NCBI GenBank assembly: GCA_963733035.1
Contig: CAVTBU010000005.1
Coordinates: 1,888,001 to 1,952,000 of the forward strand
Source: Pirellulales bacterium
Lineage (GTDB): Bacteria > Planctomycetota > Planctomycetia > Pirellulales > PALSA-1355
DNA: 64,000 nucleotides
Direction of reading: 5' to 3'
The notes beneath the pieces were generated by a model that was not told the DNA's origin, ran no database searches, and saw only the letters and a program-made list of their open reading frames with translations. Below, in pieces: positions 54,101 to 62,711 of this stretch. The position numbers and the translations under genes are program-made. The stretch's first letter is position 1. Each line of letters starts with the position of its first letter.

Positions 54101-55801
54101 AACGAAGCCGATCTCAATGCCGGCGACGAGACCTTGCTGTACCTCAACGATTCGCCGGTGCCGTCGGATCAGATGAGCGTGGTTCCGCTCGGCGGCCTGT
54201 CGGTTAACATCGGCTCCAACGTGATCACCGTTGCCGACTCCAGCGCCTCGGAGGGAGCCGGGCAAATGGTCTTTACCGTCACGCGGTTCTTGCCTTCGTC
54301 AGACACGGCGACGGTGGTGTACAGCACCGTCGACGGCACGGCGATCGCCGGACAGGATTATACAGCCCAGACCGGCACGCTCACGTTCGACGCGGCGAAC
54401 ACCGTACGATACGTGACCGTGCCAGTGATCAACGATACGATCGATGAACCGGACGAAACGTTCTCGCTCGTGCTGAGCTCGCCGCAAGGCGCCAAAATTT
54501 CCGCATCGGCGGCCACTGGCACGATCCTGGATGACGACAATCCTCCAAGTGTTTCGGTCTCCGGCGGTTCGGCTTCCGAGGGCGACGGCGTCGTGTTTAA
54601 CATCAGCCTCTCGTCCATCAGCGGCAAGACCGTCACGGTCGCGTATGCCACCACGGGCACAGGCACGGCCACCTCGGGACTCGATTACACGCCAGTTTCC
54701 GGCACGCTGACGTTCGCCCCCGGCACAACGCTTCAAAGCGTGACGGTGCCCACGCTGGGCGATATCGTGCTGGAAGGCAACGAGACCTTCCAACTCGCCC
54801 TCACCAGTCCGACCAACGCCACGCTGGGCACGGCTCAGGCCAACGGTACGATCGTGGACGTGCCGCCGGCTGGCTTGTCTGGTTATGTGTACGTGGACTT
54901 GAACAACAACGGAATCAAGGACGCCAACGAGAGTGGTATTCAAGGGGTCATCGTGACGGCGACCAATTCGCTCACCGGCGTGTCACAAAGCACCACCACG
55001 AAAGCGGACGGGTCATACCTCCTGGTGGGTCTAATCCCCGGAACCTATACGCTCACCGAGACGCAACCAGGCTTCTACACTGACGGACGCGATACACGAT
55101 TCGGTGTCGACTCGCCGCTGAATGATCAGTTCGCCGGAATCGTGCTGGCACCCAGCGCGGGTGAAACCGGCTTCAACTTTGGCGAGGGTGGCATTCGGTC
55201 GGATTTCATCACCGCGTTCCTCAATCGTCGCGCATTGTTCGCGACGGCGGCAGTCGAAGGTTACGGCGTGAATATGAACTTGTCGGGCACCGTGCTCGAT
55301 CTGAGGACCGGTGATATCTGGGTATCGTTTGACGGCGGTTGGAGCGGGTTGCGACAAATTGACGCACTGTTCAACAGCGCCCAGGGCACGGCCAACATGC
55401 GGCTATACAATAACAACCTGCAGGAAGTGGCCGACTCGTCGCCGTCATCCACCGGAGCCGTACTGCTCTACAACGGTACCCTGGGGCAAACGTACTTCCT
55501 CAGGATCACCGGCAGCAACTCGAACGTCACCGTGCAAATCACCGAGCCGTCGTCGTTCAGCAACCTGGCTTCGACCGGCAGCCAGTCGTCCGACACGTCG
55601 CAGACGTCGACGGGCACTTCCTCGACCGGCAACACGTCAACGAGTTCGTCGAACACCACCTATATCTACGATCGTTTCGGCAATCCAATTCCGGTTGCCT
55701 CGCCATCGGCTGAACCGTTGGTCAGCACGGACGACGGCGACGGTTCGGACGAGGCCTTTGCAGACGACGAGGATTGGGTGCTCGACTCTCTGCTCGCCTA
55801 G
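51194..55801 (+). CDS. Large surface protein: export motif, dockerin, two cohesin-like domains, seven Calx-beta repeats, SdrD-B-like domain
   Basis: LEMLEKREMLAG. WHNSLNPRDVNFD...YLDVNGDD dockerin. Seven repeats of TADGTA..G.DY...SGTLTF...E.F.V.LS...GTI.(N/D)DD. LSGYVYVDLNNNGIKD..E.GI.GV SdrD-B. Ser/Thr-rich tail. Confidence 0.88.
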   Translation: MRFQRRRRANTLRRTAPGRNRTLVHRTGMLEMLEKREMLAGDVASSWHNSLNPRDVNFDQRVTTSDLMVVVNELLRNGAHSLAADQATPLTSTTGASHPRYLDVNGDDRVSAADALMVVNALLTTNDMLISTSVTDLAGNPITEISVGAQYKLQTIVQDIRNPPNVLGGVFAAATKISYDSGLSTIDTGQTVQFGSFFGFTQASNLQQGQVVGWAVSNSFDQAPGTDPQFLFSVVLTASAAGVETFTPMVDDTDPNHENLLYGDDNPITAVQFEGTTLNIVALPGLSVGDVTQTEGNTDSTFNFTVQLSQASAEQTTVQYSTADGTATVAGNDYLATSGTLTFAPGQTTAVIPVTVKGDTNVEPDENFNVVLSNPSSNATIIDSTGIGTILNDDVQGSLSIVGSTVDNTTSGATGYVTVTLSQALTSAVTVQYATADSSALAGVDYVATSGTLTFNPGGSLTQTVPVSIIGDSTPDAVEEFFVNLSNPSANASLDVAQATIQINPAAVGILATITPSVSHSEGASGNQTPFVFTVSLSAAATEDVTVAYTTADITANAGSDYVATSGTLTFQAGVTSQTVTVQVTGDNVAEPSETFAVNFQAISGAVGSGQGIGTILDDDGTPTLIIDDVTVASGLGVNQATFTVTLTGALTSPVSVGYATSDGSAVAGTDYLTATGNLNFTPGGSTTKTITVTILSSSSPQPDKTFFVNLSSVTGGAVIGDDLGVGTIITQGISISDAVVVEGNSGTRDAIFTVSLSRQSNSEVTVAYSTLDGTATTADSDYVATNGILTFAPNSSTRFITVQVNGDTVQEANETFKVVLSNASGAPIFNSPGTGTILNDDGQKVTYLLQLTDTSGNALPLGTQFDVGAEFYLNVSVQDVQIDPMGVAQAFIDVSYNDALLDVDESSLEFGSFFTTFTSSDFQPGLLNDFGAFGDTSGPPANPGDPQLLYRVKFTATDVGLANFTGSVNEADLNAGDETLLYLNDSPVPSDQMSVVPLGGLSVNIGSNVITVADSSASEGAGQMVFTVTRFLPSSDTATVVYSTVDGTAIAGQDYTAQTGTLTFDAANTVRYVTVPVINDTIDEPDETFSLVLSSPQGAKISASAATGTILDDDNPPSVSVSGGSASEGDGVVFNISLSSISGKTVTVAYATTGTGTATSGLDYTPVSGTLTFAPGTTLQSVTVPTLGDIVLEGNETFQLALTSPTNATLGTAQANGTIVDVPPAGLSGYVYVDLNNNGIKDANESGIQGVIVTATNSLTGVSQSTTTKADGSYLLVGLIPGTYTLTETQPGFYTDGRDTRFGVDSPLNDQFAGIVLAPSAGETGFNFGEGGIRSDFITAFLNRRALFATAAVEGYGVNMNLSGTVLDLRTGDIWVSFDGGWSGLRQIDALFNSAQGTANMRLYNNNLQEVADSSPSSTGAVLLYNGTLGQTYFLRITGSNSNVTVQITEPSSFSNLASTGSQSSDTSQTSTGTSSTGNTSTSSSNTTYIYDRFGNPIPVASPSAEPLVSTDDGDGSDEAFADDEDWVLDSLLA

Positions 55802-55964
55802 ATCATCGGACCGACACGCGCCGGGGACAGAGGTCTTCTTGCAAAGACTTCCGTCCCCGTTTGCTATTTCACGCCCCACGTGCGATTGCCTCGCCGGCGC
55901 GATCCGGCGATAATCGCCTGCACGAGAGTGGCGCCCGCGTGATGCAGTGACAGGAGCGAATGCG

Positions 55965-57782
55965 ATGACGAGCCGGGGCATTTTCAAGGTTGCGCGGGCG
56001 ATCGTCCTGCTCGGACTGATAGCCGCGGGCGCAAATCTCTTACACAGCATCGTGGCCGCCGGCGAAGCACGCCAGCAAGACCGTTCGCCGGTGGACCTGG
56101 TGCTTTCAGAAGATGGCAGCCATTTGCTCGTGGCCAATCAAACTGCCAATAGCGTTTCGCTGGTGCGCGTGGCCGACGGCAAGGTTCTTGTCGAGCTACC
56201 CTGCGGTGAACATCCGGTTGCGATCGCATTGTCGCCTGACGGACACCGAGTATTGGCAAGCGCCAGCTACAGCGGCGACTTGTGTCTGTTCGACTATCAC
56301 GATGCCGAACTTACGGCTGCAGGCCGCGTACACCTGGGATTTGAGCCGCATGGCATTGCCGTATCGCCCGACGGCCAGTTGGCCTATGTGGCCCTGGCCG
56401 GGTCGAATGAAATCGCGGTGGTCGATCTCAAAACCAAAGTGTGCGTCGACAGGGTCGAAGTGGGCCACTGGCCGCGTTACCTTTGTCTTTCACCGGATGG
56501 GACGCGTCTAGCGGTGGGTTGTAGCGGCGACGGAGGCATATCGGTCGTTGACACCAAAGACCGCACGGTGCTGTTCGACACCAAATTCGTGGGACTGAAC
56601 ATTGGCCACCTCGTGCCATCGGCCGACGGCCGTTACGCGTACTTTCCCTGGATGGTGTATGCCGATCGTCCGATTACACCCGGTAATATCAAGGAAGGTT
56701 GGGTGTTGGGTAATCGCGTGGCCCGCGTGAGGCTTGATGTCAAAGCGCGTCGTGAGGCTCTGGCACTAGACCCGCGCGGGAAAGGCGTGGCCGATCCCCA
56801 CGGCATTGCTCTGAGTCCGGATGAGAAATGGCTCGTCCTTTCGGCAGCCGGCACGCACGAACTCGTGGCTTTGCAACTCGATGGATTGCCGCTCCGCCCG
56901 GATGGTCCTGGTGATCATATGAAAGCTGATCTCGCGGCCGACCACGACCGCTTCGTGCGGATCCCTTTGGGCGGCAGACCGCTGGGGCTCCGCTTTGATG
57001 CGTCCGGGCAGCACGTGTATGTGGCGAACTATCTGGCCAACGCCGTGCAGATTGTGAATCTTGCGGAGCGTCGCGTCGAGCGTGAGATCCCGCTTGGCAG
57101 CGCGGCCGAACCGTCGCTGGTCCGGCGCGGCGAAGCCATCTTCTACGATGCGCAGCGGAGCGTCGATGGTTGGTACAGCTGTAACAGCTGTCACTACGAG
57201 GGACATACCAATGCCGTCACCATGGACACCCGCAACGACGGCTCGAACGGCACGTATAAGATGGTGCTGAGCCTGCGTAATGTCCACCACACCGGTCCCT
57301 GGTTCTGGCACGGCTGGCAAACCGACCTGAAAGCGGCGCTCGCGCGTAGCCTGGTCGAGAGCATGCAGGGCCCGAAGCCGTCGGATGAAGAAGTCGAACA
57401 GCTGGCGACGTTCCTGAGAACGCTCGCTCCCCCGCCGAATTCGCGGCGCGGCTCGGACGGCGGCCTGCCGGAACCGGCGCAGCGCGGGAAACAGGTTTTT
57501 CACAATGAAGTGGCAAATTGCGCCGCGTGCCACTCGGGCCCTTACTTCACGGATGGCGAAGTCCACGACGTGGGATTGGGCTCTGAATACGACAAGTACG
57601 AAGGCTACAACACGCCGTCACTGCTGGGTACTGCGAACCGCGTGCGCTATTTGCATCACGGCCGCGCGCTGTCGCTCGATGATTTGTTGAGCGACCTGCA
57701 CAGCCCCGCCAAAGTGTCTGGCACGCGAGAATTGACCGACCAGGAGCGGGCCGACCTGGTGGCTTACTTGCAGACGCTTTAA
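55965..57782 (+). CDS. YVTN/YncE-type beta-propeller fused to a di-heme cytochrome c (CcP/MauG-like) domain
   Basis: AGGAG RBS, signal peptide, repeated P..IA.SPDG...(Y/L)V blades, CNSCH and CAACH, TGPWFWHG, YNTPSLLG, YLHHGRA. Confidence 0.85.
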   Translation: MTSRGIFKVARAIVLLGLIAAGANLLHSIVAAGEARQQDRSPVDLVLSEDGSHLLVANQTANSVSLVRVADGKVLVELPCGEHPVAIALSPDGHRVLASASYSGDLCLFDYHDAELTAAGRVHLGFEPHGIAVSPDGQLAYVALAGSNEIAVVDLKTKVCVDRVEVGHWPRYLCLSPDGTRLAVGCSGDGGISVVDTKDRTVLFDTKFVGLNIGHLVPSADGRYAYFPWMVYADRPITPGNIKEGWVLGNRVARVRLDVKARREALALDPRGKGVADPHGIALSPDEKWLVLSAAGTHELVALQLDGLPLRPDGPGDHMKADLAADHDRFVRIPLGGRPLGLRFDASGQHVYVANYLANAVQIVNLAERRVEREIPLGSAAEPSLVRRGEAIFYDAQRSVDGWYSCNSCHYEGHTNAVTMDTRNDGSNGTYKMVLSLRNVHHTGPWFWHGWQTDLKAALARSLVESMQGPKPSDEEVEQLATFLRTLAPPPNSRRGSDGGLPEPAQRGKQVFHNEVANCAACHSGPYFTDGEVHDVGLGSEYDKYEGYNTPSLLGTANRVRYLHHGRALSLDDLLSDLHSPAKVSGTRELTDQERADLVAYLQTL

Positions 57783-57792
57783 GACGTTTGCC

Positions 57793-58128
57793 CTATGCTC
57801 CGGACACCGGCGGTGTTGTCGGTGGCGGCGTCGTTGGCGGCGGAACCTGGGGCACCTGGCCCAAGGGTTGTCGCAATTGCGCGAGCGTGGCTTCCACCAA
57901 TTGCGCGCCTCCCTCGCCCATGCCATGATAGAGCTGACGCATGAAGAGCAGCGTCCTCTCGGCGGCATCTTCAAACTGCCATTGGCAATTCTCGAAGTGG
58001 CAGCCGCTGATCCGCGGAATCTGGCCGCCTCGAAATACCATCTTGCAACTCTCAAAGCGGCAATCCGTATAAGCATTGCCGTCGATGACCTCGGTCGCGT
58101 TGGTCATTGTCTTGCCGGAATGTTCCAT
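57793..58128 (-). CDS. Small hypothetical protein with Pro-rich tail
   Basis: 111-aa ORF filling the gap. IDGNAYTDCRFESCKMVFRGG...GCHFENCQWQF short beta-solenoid-like pattern. Confidence 0.65.
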   Translation of the reverse strand: MEHSGKTMTNATEVIDGNAYTDCRFESCKMVFRGGQIPRISGCHFENCQWQFEDAAERTLLFMRQLYHGMGEGGAQLVEATLAQLRQPLGQVPQVPPPTTPPPTTPPVSGA

Positions 58129-58312
58129 GGAAAGTTTCGCCCGTTGTCAGAGATCGTCGAAGGGTGAACCAGCCGCTCAACTTACCGCGCTCTGGCAGCC
58201 GACGAAAGGGCCCCCTCACCGGGAAGTGGTGCCCGTTTCGTGTTAGAATTGCATCGCAAACCAACATCGCGAAGAAATCGCTTGGCCAACGACCCGAGAG
58301 AATTGATCGAAC

Positions 58313-59202
58313 ATGCTTGATTGTTTGCGCGTGGCCGCCGTAGCAGTCGATACGAAGCCGGGCCATCTCGACGAGAATGTCGAGAAGCTGGCACATTGGA
58401 TCGGTCAAGCCGCGTCAGCGGGCGCCCGGGCCGTGCTGTTTCCAGAATTGTCGCTGACGGGCTTCATTCCGAACCATCCGTTGGGGCAGCACGAGTCGTG
58501 GCTGCGGCGAGCCCTGTCCGAGGCCCGGCGCGCGGCGCTGCGACTTGACTCGCCACCGCTGGAATCCCTCCAGGCATTGGCCCGCCGTCACCAGATGCGC
58601 GTCTGTGTCGGCCTGCTCGAAGATGGCGGCAACTTGCTCTACAACGCACAGATTCTCATCGGTCCCGATGGCATCGAGGGCCATTGGCGCAAACTGCATG
58701 TGCCAATGTTCGAAACCCCTTTCTACCAGGGCGGCAGTACGGCCCCCGTTTCCGTCACTTCCGTCGGGCGATTGGGCGTGAACATCTGCTTCGACGTATT
58801 CATGCCGGAGTCGACGCGTTTGTTGGCGGTCCAAAACGTGGAAGTCGTGTTGATGCCGTTCGCAGCCGATCCACCACCGGCCACCCCGACGGGCTGGGCC
58901 AATTGGGCGTCGCCAGCCATCCGCGCCGCGCGGTTGAGAACGGCGTGTTTGCCGTGGCGTGCAACTATGTCGGCCACGTCGAATGCGCCGGCGTTGAACA
59001 GACTTTCCCCGGTGGCGGGCTGATCGTCTCCCCCCGCGGCGAGACGCTCGCCGACTGGTCCGCGCCGTCCGGCGAGTGCGGCATGATCGTAGCCGACCTG
59101 GAAGCTAGCACGTTGCAAGCCGCTCGAAGCGAACCTGAATACTTGTTTCGCTTTCGACGACCCGAGATCTATGGTCCGCTCTCAAAACCGTGCACAGGTT
59201 AA
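58313..59202 (+). CDS. Carbon-nitrogen hydrolase (nitrilase superfamily); 1-nt frameshift at ~58927
   Basis: Triad motifs LFPELSLTG, WRKLH, NICFD. Adding one C restores RARAVENG; ends RRPEIYG; 296 aa. Confidence 0.88.
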
Positions 59203-59391
59203 CCGGGCTCGACCGGTGTCGCGATATCGGATATTGGTGACGGGGCTTGGGGCGCCACGACAAGCCCAAACCGTTCGGTGTGGTCCTCATCAAAATCACA
59301 TGGCAGGACGGTTTGCCGCCGCTGTTGGGCCGGGCGATAATAGGGGTGACGGTCGGCAACACGCGGGCGACCCAAGGTCGGAAGGGGAAGC

Positions 59392-61656
59392 ATGTCACGC
59401 AATCCAGCCACTCTCGTCGGGTGGATCGCAGTTGTCTATCTGATCGCCGGCGGCGGCAATCGCACGTTCGGGGCCGAAGCCGCGCAAGACGCCAATCAAC
59501 CTCCCACGGCCGCGGCGCTGAGCCCAGCCGAGGAAGTTCAAGCCCACCGATTGGCACAGGACGTTACCATCTATCGCGACGCCTGGGGCGTGCCGCACGT
59601 TCACGGGAAAACGGACCGCCACGTGATGTTCGGGTATGCCTATGTTCAGGCGGAAGACTTCTTCTGGCAGGTCGAAGACACCTACATCCTTAGCCTCGGT
59701 CGCTATGCGGAAGTGCACGGCCCCAAGGGGCTGAACAGTGACACGTTGAATCGGGCGTTCGAAGTCGTGCCCATGTCGCGGGCCGCTTACCGCGAGCTCG
59801 AACCAAAGTACCAGGAGTTGTGCGCTGCGTTCGCGCTGGGCCTCAACTACTATCTAGCGACCCATCCCGACACCAAGCCGCGCATGATCACGCATTTTGA
59901 GCCTTGGCAAATGCTGGCGTATGGGCGCCAGGTGCTTTTGGAGTTGACGTTCCGCTATACGCGGCTGTCGCACAACTACCTGCCGCGCTCGCACAATCAG
60001 GTTTGGGCCGCCTCGGGCTCCAATGGCTGGGCCATCGCGCCCCAACGGACTGCCTCGGGTCATGCCATGTTGTTCGTCAATCCGCATTTGCCGTGGTTTG
60101 GTTTCTCGCAAATGTACGAGGCGCACCTCAAAAGCGACGAAGGGTGGTCGTTCGCGGGTGCCACGATGTATGGAAACTGCGTACCAACCCTGGGCCACAA
60201 TGAGCACCTGGGATGGACCTACACGACCAATGAGCCCGACATTGCCGACGTTTGGCGTGTGACGTTCGACGACCCTGAGCATCCGCTCCGCTACCGATAC
60301 GCAGAGGGCTATCGCGAGGCCACCGAATGGGGCGAGACAATTAAGATCCAGCAGGGAAATCGCCTCGTCAACCGCGTGGTCAAGTTTCGCAAGACGCACT
60401 ACGGACCGGTCGTAGTCAAGGAAGATGATGAGCATTACCTGGCGGCACGGATCGCAGGTCTCGATAGCGTGCGGATGATGCGTCAACAGTTGGAATGCGT
60501 CAAGGTGCGCAACTTCGAAGAGTTCGAGAAAGCCCTGAACATGCAGCAGTTCCCGATCATGAACGTGATCTATGCCGACAAGGCCGGCAACATCATGTTT
60601 CTGTATAACGGGCTTGTGCCACGACGCGACCCGGCCTTCAACTGGAGCCGGCCGGTCGATGGCGCCGATCCTCGCACCGACTGGAACGGGCTGCACGCCG
60701 TCAAGGAACTGCCGCGCGTCTTCAATCCGGTGGATGGCTTTGTGCAGAACTGCAATTCCAGTCCGTTTACCACCTGTGATACGGGTAACCCGAACCCGGC
60801 CGACTTCCCCCCGTACATGGTTGAGGATGCCGACGACGACAAGCGGCGGGCCAAGATGTCGCGACAGATTCTACGCGAAATGCAAGGCGTGACGTTCGAG
60901 GACATGGAGCGGGCGGCTTACGATACGAAACTGTATTGGCCGCAGGAGAACCTGCCCAAATACGCCACACAACTCGAGCAACTTCGCCAGACCGATCCGA
61001 AGCTGGCGGCCGACGTCGCACCCTACCTGGAACATCTGCTCGATTGGGATTGCCGAGTGACGCCAGAGAGCACCCAGGCGCCGCTTTGCGAAGCCTGGTA
61101 CGAAGAACTTTACGGTATGGACTATCCGGCCGAAAACCTGCTGCCGAAGTATGTCGACCACCCGGACCGACAGTTCGAAGCGCTGATCACCGCGGCCCGC
61201 AAACTCAAGTCCCGTCATGGAGACTGGCGAATCGCTTGGGCGGATTTATTCCGAAGTCAACGGCAAGCGCACCTGGTCGATTTGCTGGAAATTGCTTTCG
61301 ATGACAACAAACCCAGCCTGCCCACCTTGGCGGCACCTGGTCCGCTGGGCGTGGTATTTACGCAGTACTATTCACCCTCGATCAAGATTCCTTTCGTGAT
61401 GTCGATGAACAAGCGGTATGGATTGGTGGGCACGAGCTATATGGCCGTTTACGAGTTTGGTCCGCAAGTTCGTGGAGCCAGTGTGCTCAACTACGGGCAG
61501 AGCGGAGATCCGGACTCGCCGCACTACTTCGACCAGGCACATTTACTCTCGCAGTGCAAGCTCAAGCCCGACTTGTTCGTCTGGGCGGATGTCGTGGCGG
61601 GGGCGCGACAGGTCTATCACCCCGGAGAACCGCCGCTGGAACGCGTGGCACACTAG
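59392..61656 (+). CDS. Penicillin acylase family Ntn-hydrolase (peptidase S45)
   Basis: IYRDAWGVPHV, YVQAED, GSNGWA (N-terminal nucleophile Ser), NPHLPW, YADKAGNI, YGQSGDPDSPHYFDQ. Confidence 0.92.
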   Translation: MSRNPATLVGWIAVVYLIAGGGNRTFGAEAAQDANQPPTAAALSPAEEVQAHRLAQDVTIYRDAWGVPHVHGKTDRHVMFGYAYVQAEDFFWQVEDTYILSLGRYAEVHGPKGLNSDTLNRAFEVVPMSRAAYRELEPKYQELCAAFALGLNYYLATHPDTKPRMITHFEPWQMLAYGRQVLLELTFRYTRLSHNYLPRSHNQVWAASGSNGWAIAPQRTASGHAMLFVNPHLPWFGFSQMYEAHLKSDEGWSFAGATMYGNCVPTLGHNEHLGWTYTTNEPDIADVWRVTFDDPEHPLRYRYAEGYREATEWGETIKIQQGNRLVNRVVKFRKTHYGPVVVKEDDEHYLAARIAGLDSVRMMRQQLECVKVRNFEEFEKALNMQQFPIMNVIYADKAGNIMFLYNGLVPRRDPAFNWSRPVDGADPRTDWNGLHAVKELPRVFNPVDGFVQNCNSSPFTTCDTGNPNPADFPPYMVEDADDDKRRAKMSRQILREMQGVTFEDMERAAYDTKLYWPQENLPKYATQLEQLRQTDPKLAADVAPYLEHLLDWDCRVTPESTQAPLCEAWYEELYGMDYPAENLLPKYVDHPDRQFEALITAARKLKSRHGDWRIAWADLFRSQRQAHLVDLLEIAFDDNKPSLPTLAAPGPLGVVFTQYYSPSIKIPFVMSMNKRYGLVGTSYMAVYEFGPQVRGASVLNYGQSGDPDSPHYFDQAHLLSQCKLKPDLFVWADVVAGARQVYHPGEPPLERVAH

Positions 61657-61692
61657 CGGTTGAAAGCCACCTTGCTACGCGCGACGCACCGA

Positions 61693-61929
61693 CTAGCGCA
61701 CGCCGAGATTGCGTTCAATGTCGCGGGCTTTCGCGTCGATGCCCGTGAATCGCCGCTGGTCGCCGGGAGGCCGCAGGTTTTCGGTCAAAGCGTTCACCTC
61801 GTCGTCGTAGCCCTGACCACGCCAACTCCAGATGCCCGTGCCTTCATGCCACGATTGGCAACCGTGGGCACAAACCACGACGATCGCCAGAAGAAGCGCA
61901 ACGATAGTCGACGGGCGGATGCGCAACAT
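61693..61929 (-). CDS. Small putative lipoprotein (78 aa)
   Basis: MLRIRPSTIVALLLAIVVVCAHG-C lipobox-like leader; ends AKARDIERNLGVR. Confidence 0.55.
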   Translation of the reverse strand: MLRIRPSTIVALLLAIVVVCAHGCQSWHEGTGIWSWRGQGYDDEVNALTENLRPPGDQRRFTGIDAKARDIERNLGVR

Positions 61930-62062
61930 CGCACTAGGGACGGGTGGTTGAGGGGATTTAGGCGAAAACGCGGCCGAGAGTGTGCCAAACGTATCTACCC
62001 GCGTCCAGAGCATTTTGACCGTTTGACGGACTTGCCGCGGCAGGCGTGCTAGCATTTGCCGG

Positions 62063-62437
62063 CTAGCGATAGGCAGGACTCGAACAAAGCTCGCGCAGAT
62101 GCTCGGCCGACGTGCCGCCCGAGAAGCGATTCACCTCGCTGCCATTCTCCAAGAACACAAAAGTCGGCACGGCGCGAATGCCATATTGGTCTGCCAGTGC
62201 TCGGTGTCGATCGATGTCAACGTCGCGCATGTGATACCCCTGCCGGCGTAGCTTCTTGACGATGGGCTTCATCTGCCGACAAGGTCCGCACCAAGTCGCG
62301 TTGAAGAACAAGACTTCTCCCTTGGTGGGCAAGGTAAATTGCTCGACATCCATGCGAGGCGTGTAGTACTCCTTGTACCAAACCACCATGGCCGCGGGCG
62401 CAATCAACAAGAACAGACAAACAAGATAGACTCGCAT
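62063..62437 (-). CDS. Membrane-anchored or exported thioredoxin-family protein
   Basis: N-terminal hydrophobic helix, FFNATWCGPC, GIRAVPTF. Confidence 0.85.
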   Translation of the reverse strand: MRVYLVCLFLLIAPAAMVVWYKEYYTPRMDVEQFTLPTKGEVLFFNATWCGPCRQMKPIVKKLRRQGYHMRDVDIDRHRALADQYGIRAVPTFVFLENGSEVNRFSGGTSAEHLRELCSSPAYR

Positions 62438-62711
62438 AGCAATCAACCTTCGAATCCGAACCCTCGGAACCGACCCGAAATGCGTTCCGCAACGATGAAC
62501 GCGCGACCGATCCGCCCATACACAGTTATTCTGCGAATTGCTACAAAAACGCTAGCTCAAACGAGGTGCCGCGGCAAAAGCGAGCGGTTCGGTTAGCCGG
62601 ATTAGTGCGGTCGCGCGGGAGGTGGCATTCGCCAGGGACGCTACGTATCATGAATTCTCGCGGGCCGGCAGTTCACGCGAGCCCGGAATGGTTGGAAAGA
62701 GTGAGAATTTC

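Noticed and set aside
58202..58241. Imperfect hairpin ACGAAAGGGC...GCCCGTTTCGT in the divergent intergenic region
   Set aside because: It is a single bulged stem with no recognisable RNA family and no second copy in the window
59392..61656. Specific call as a quorum-quenching AHL acylase
   Set aside because: The S45 motifs do not distinguish AHL, penicillin or cephalosporin acylases without phylogeny or assay
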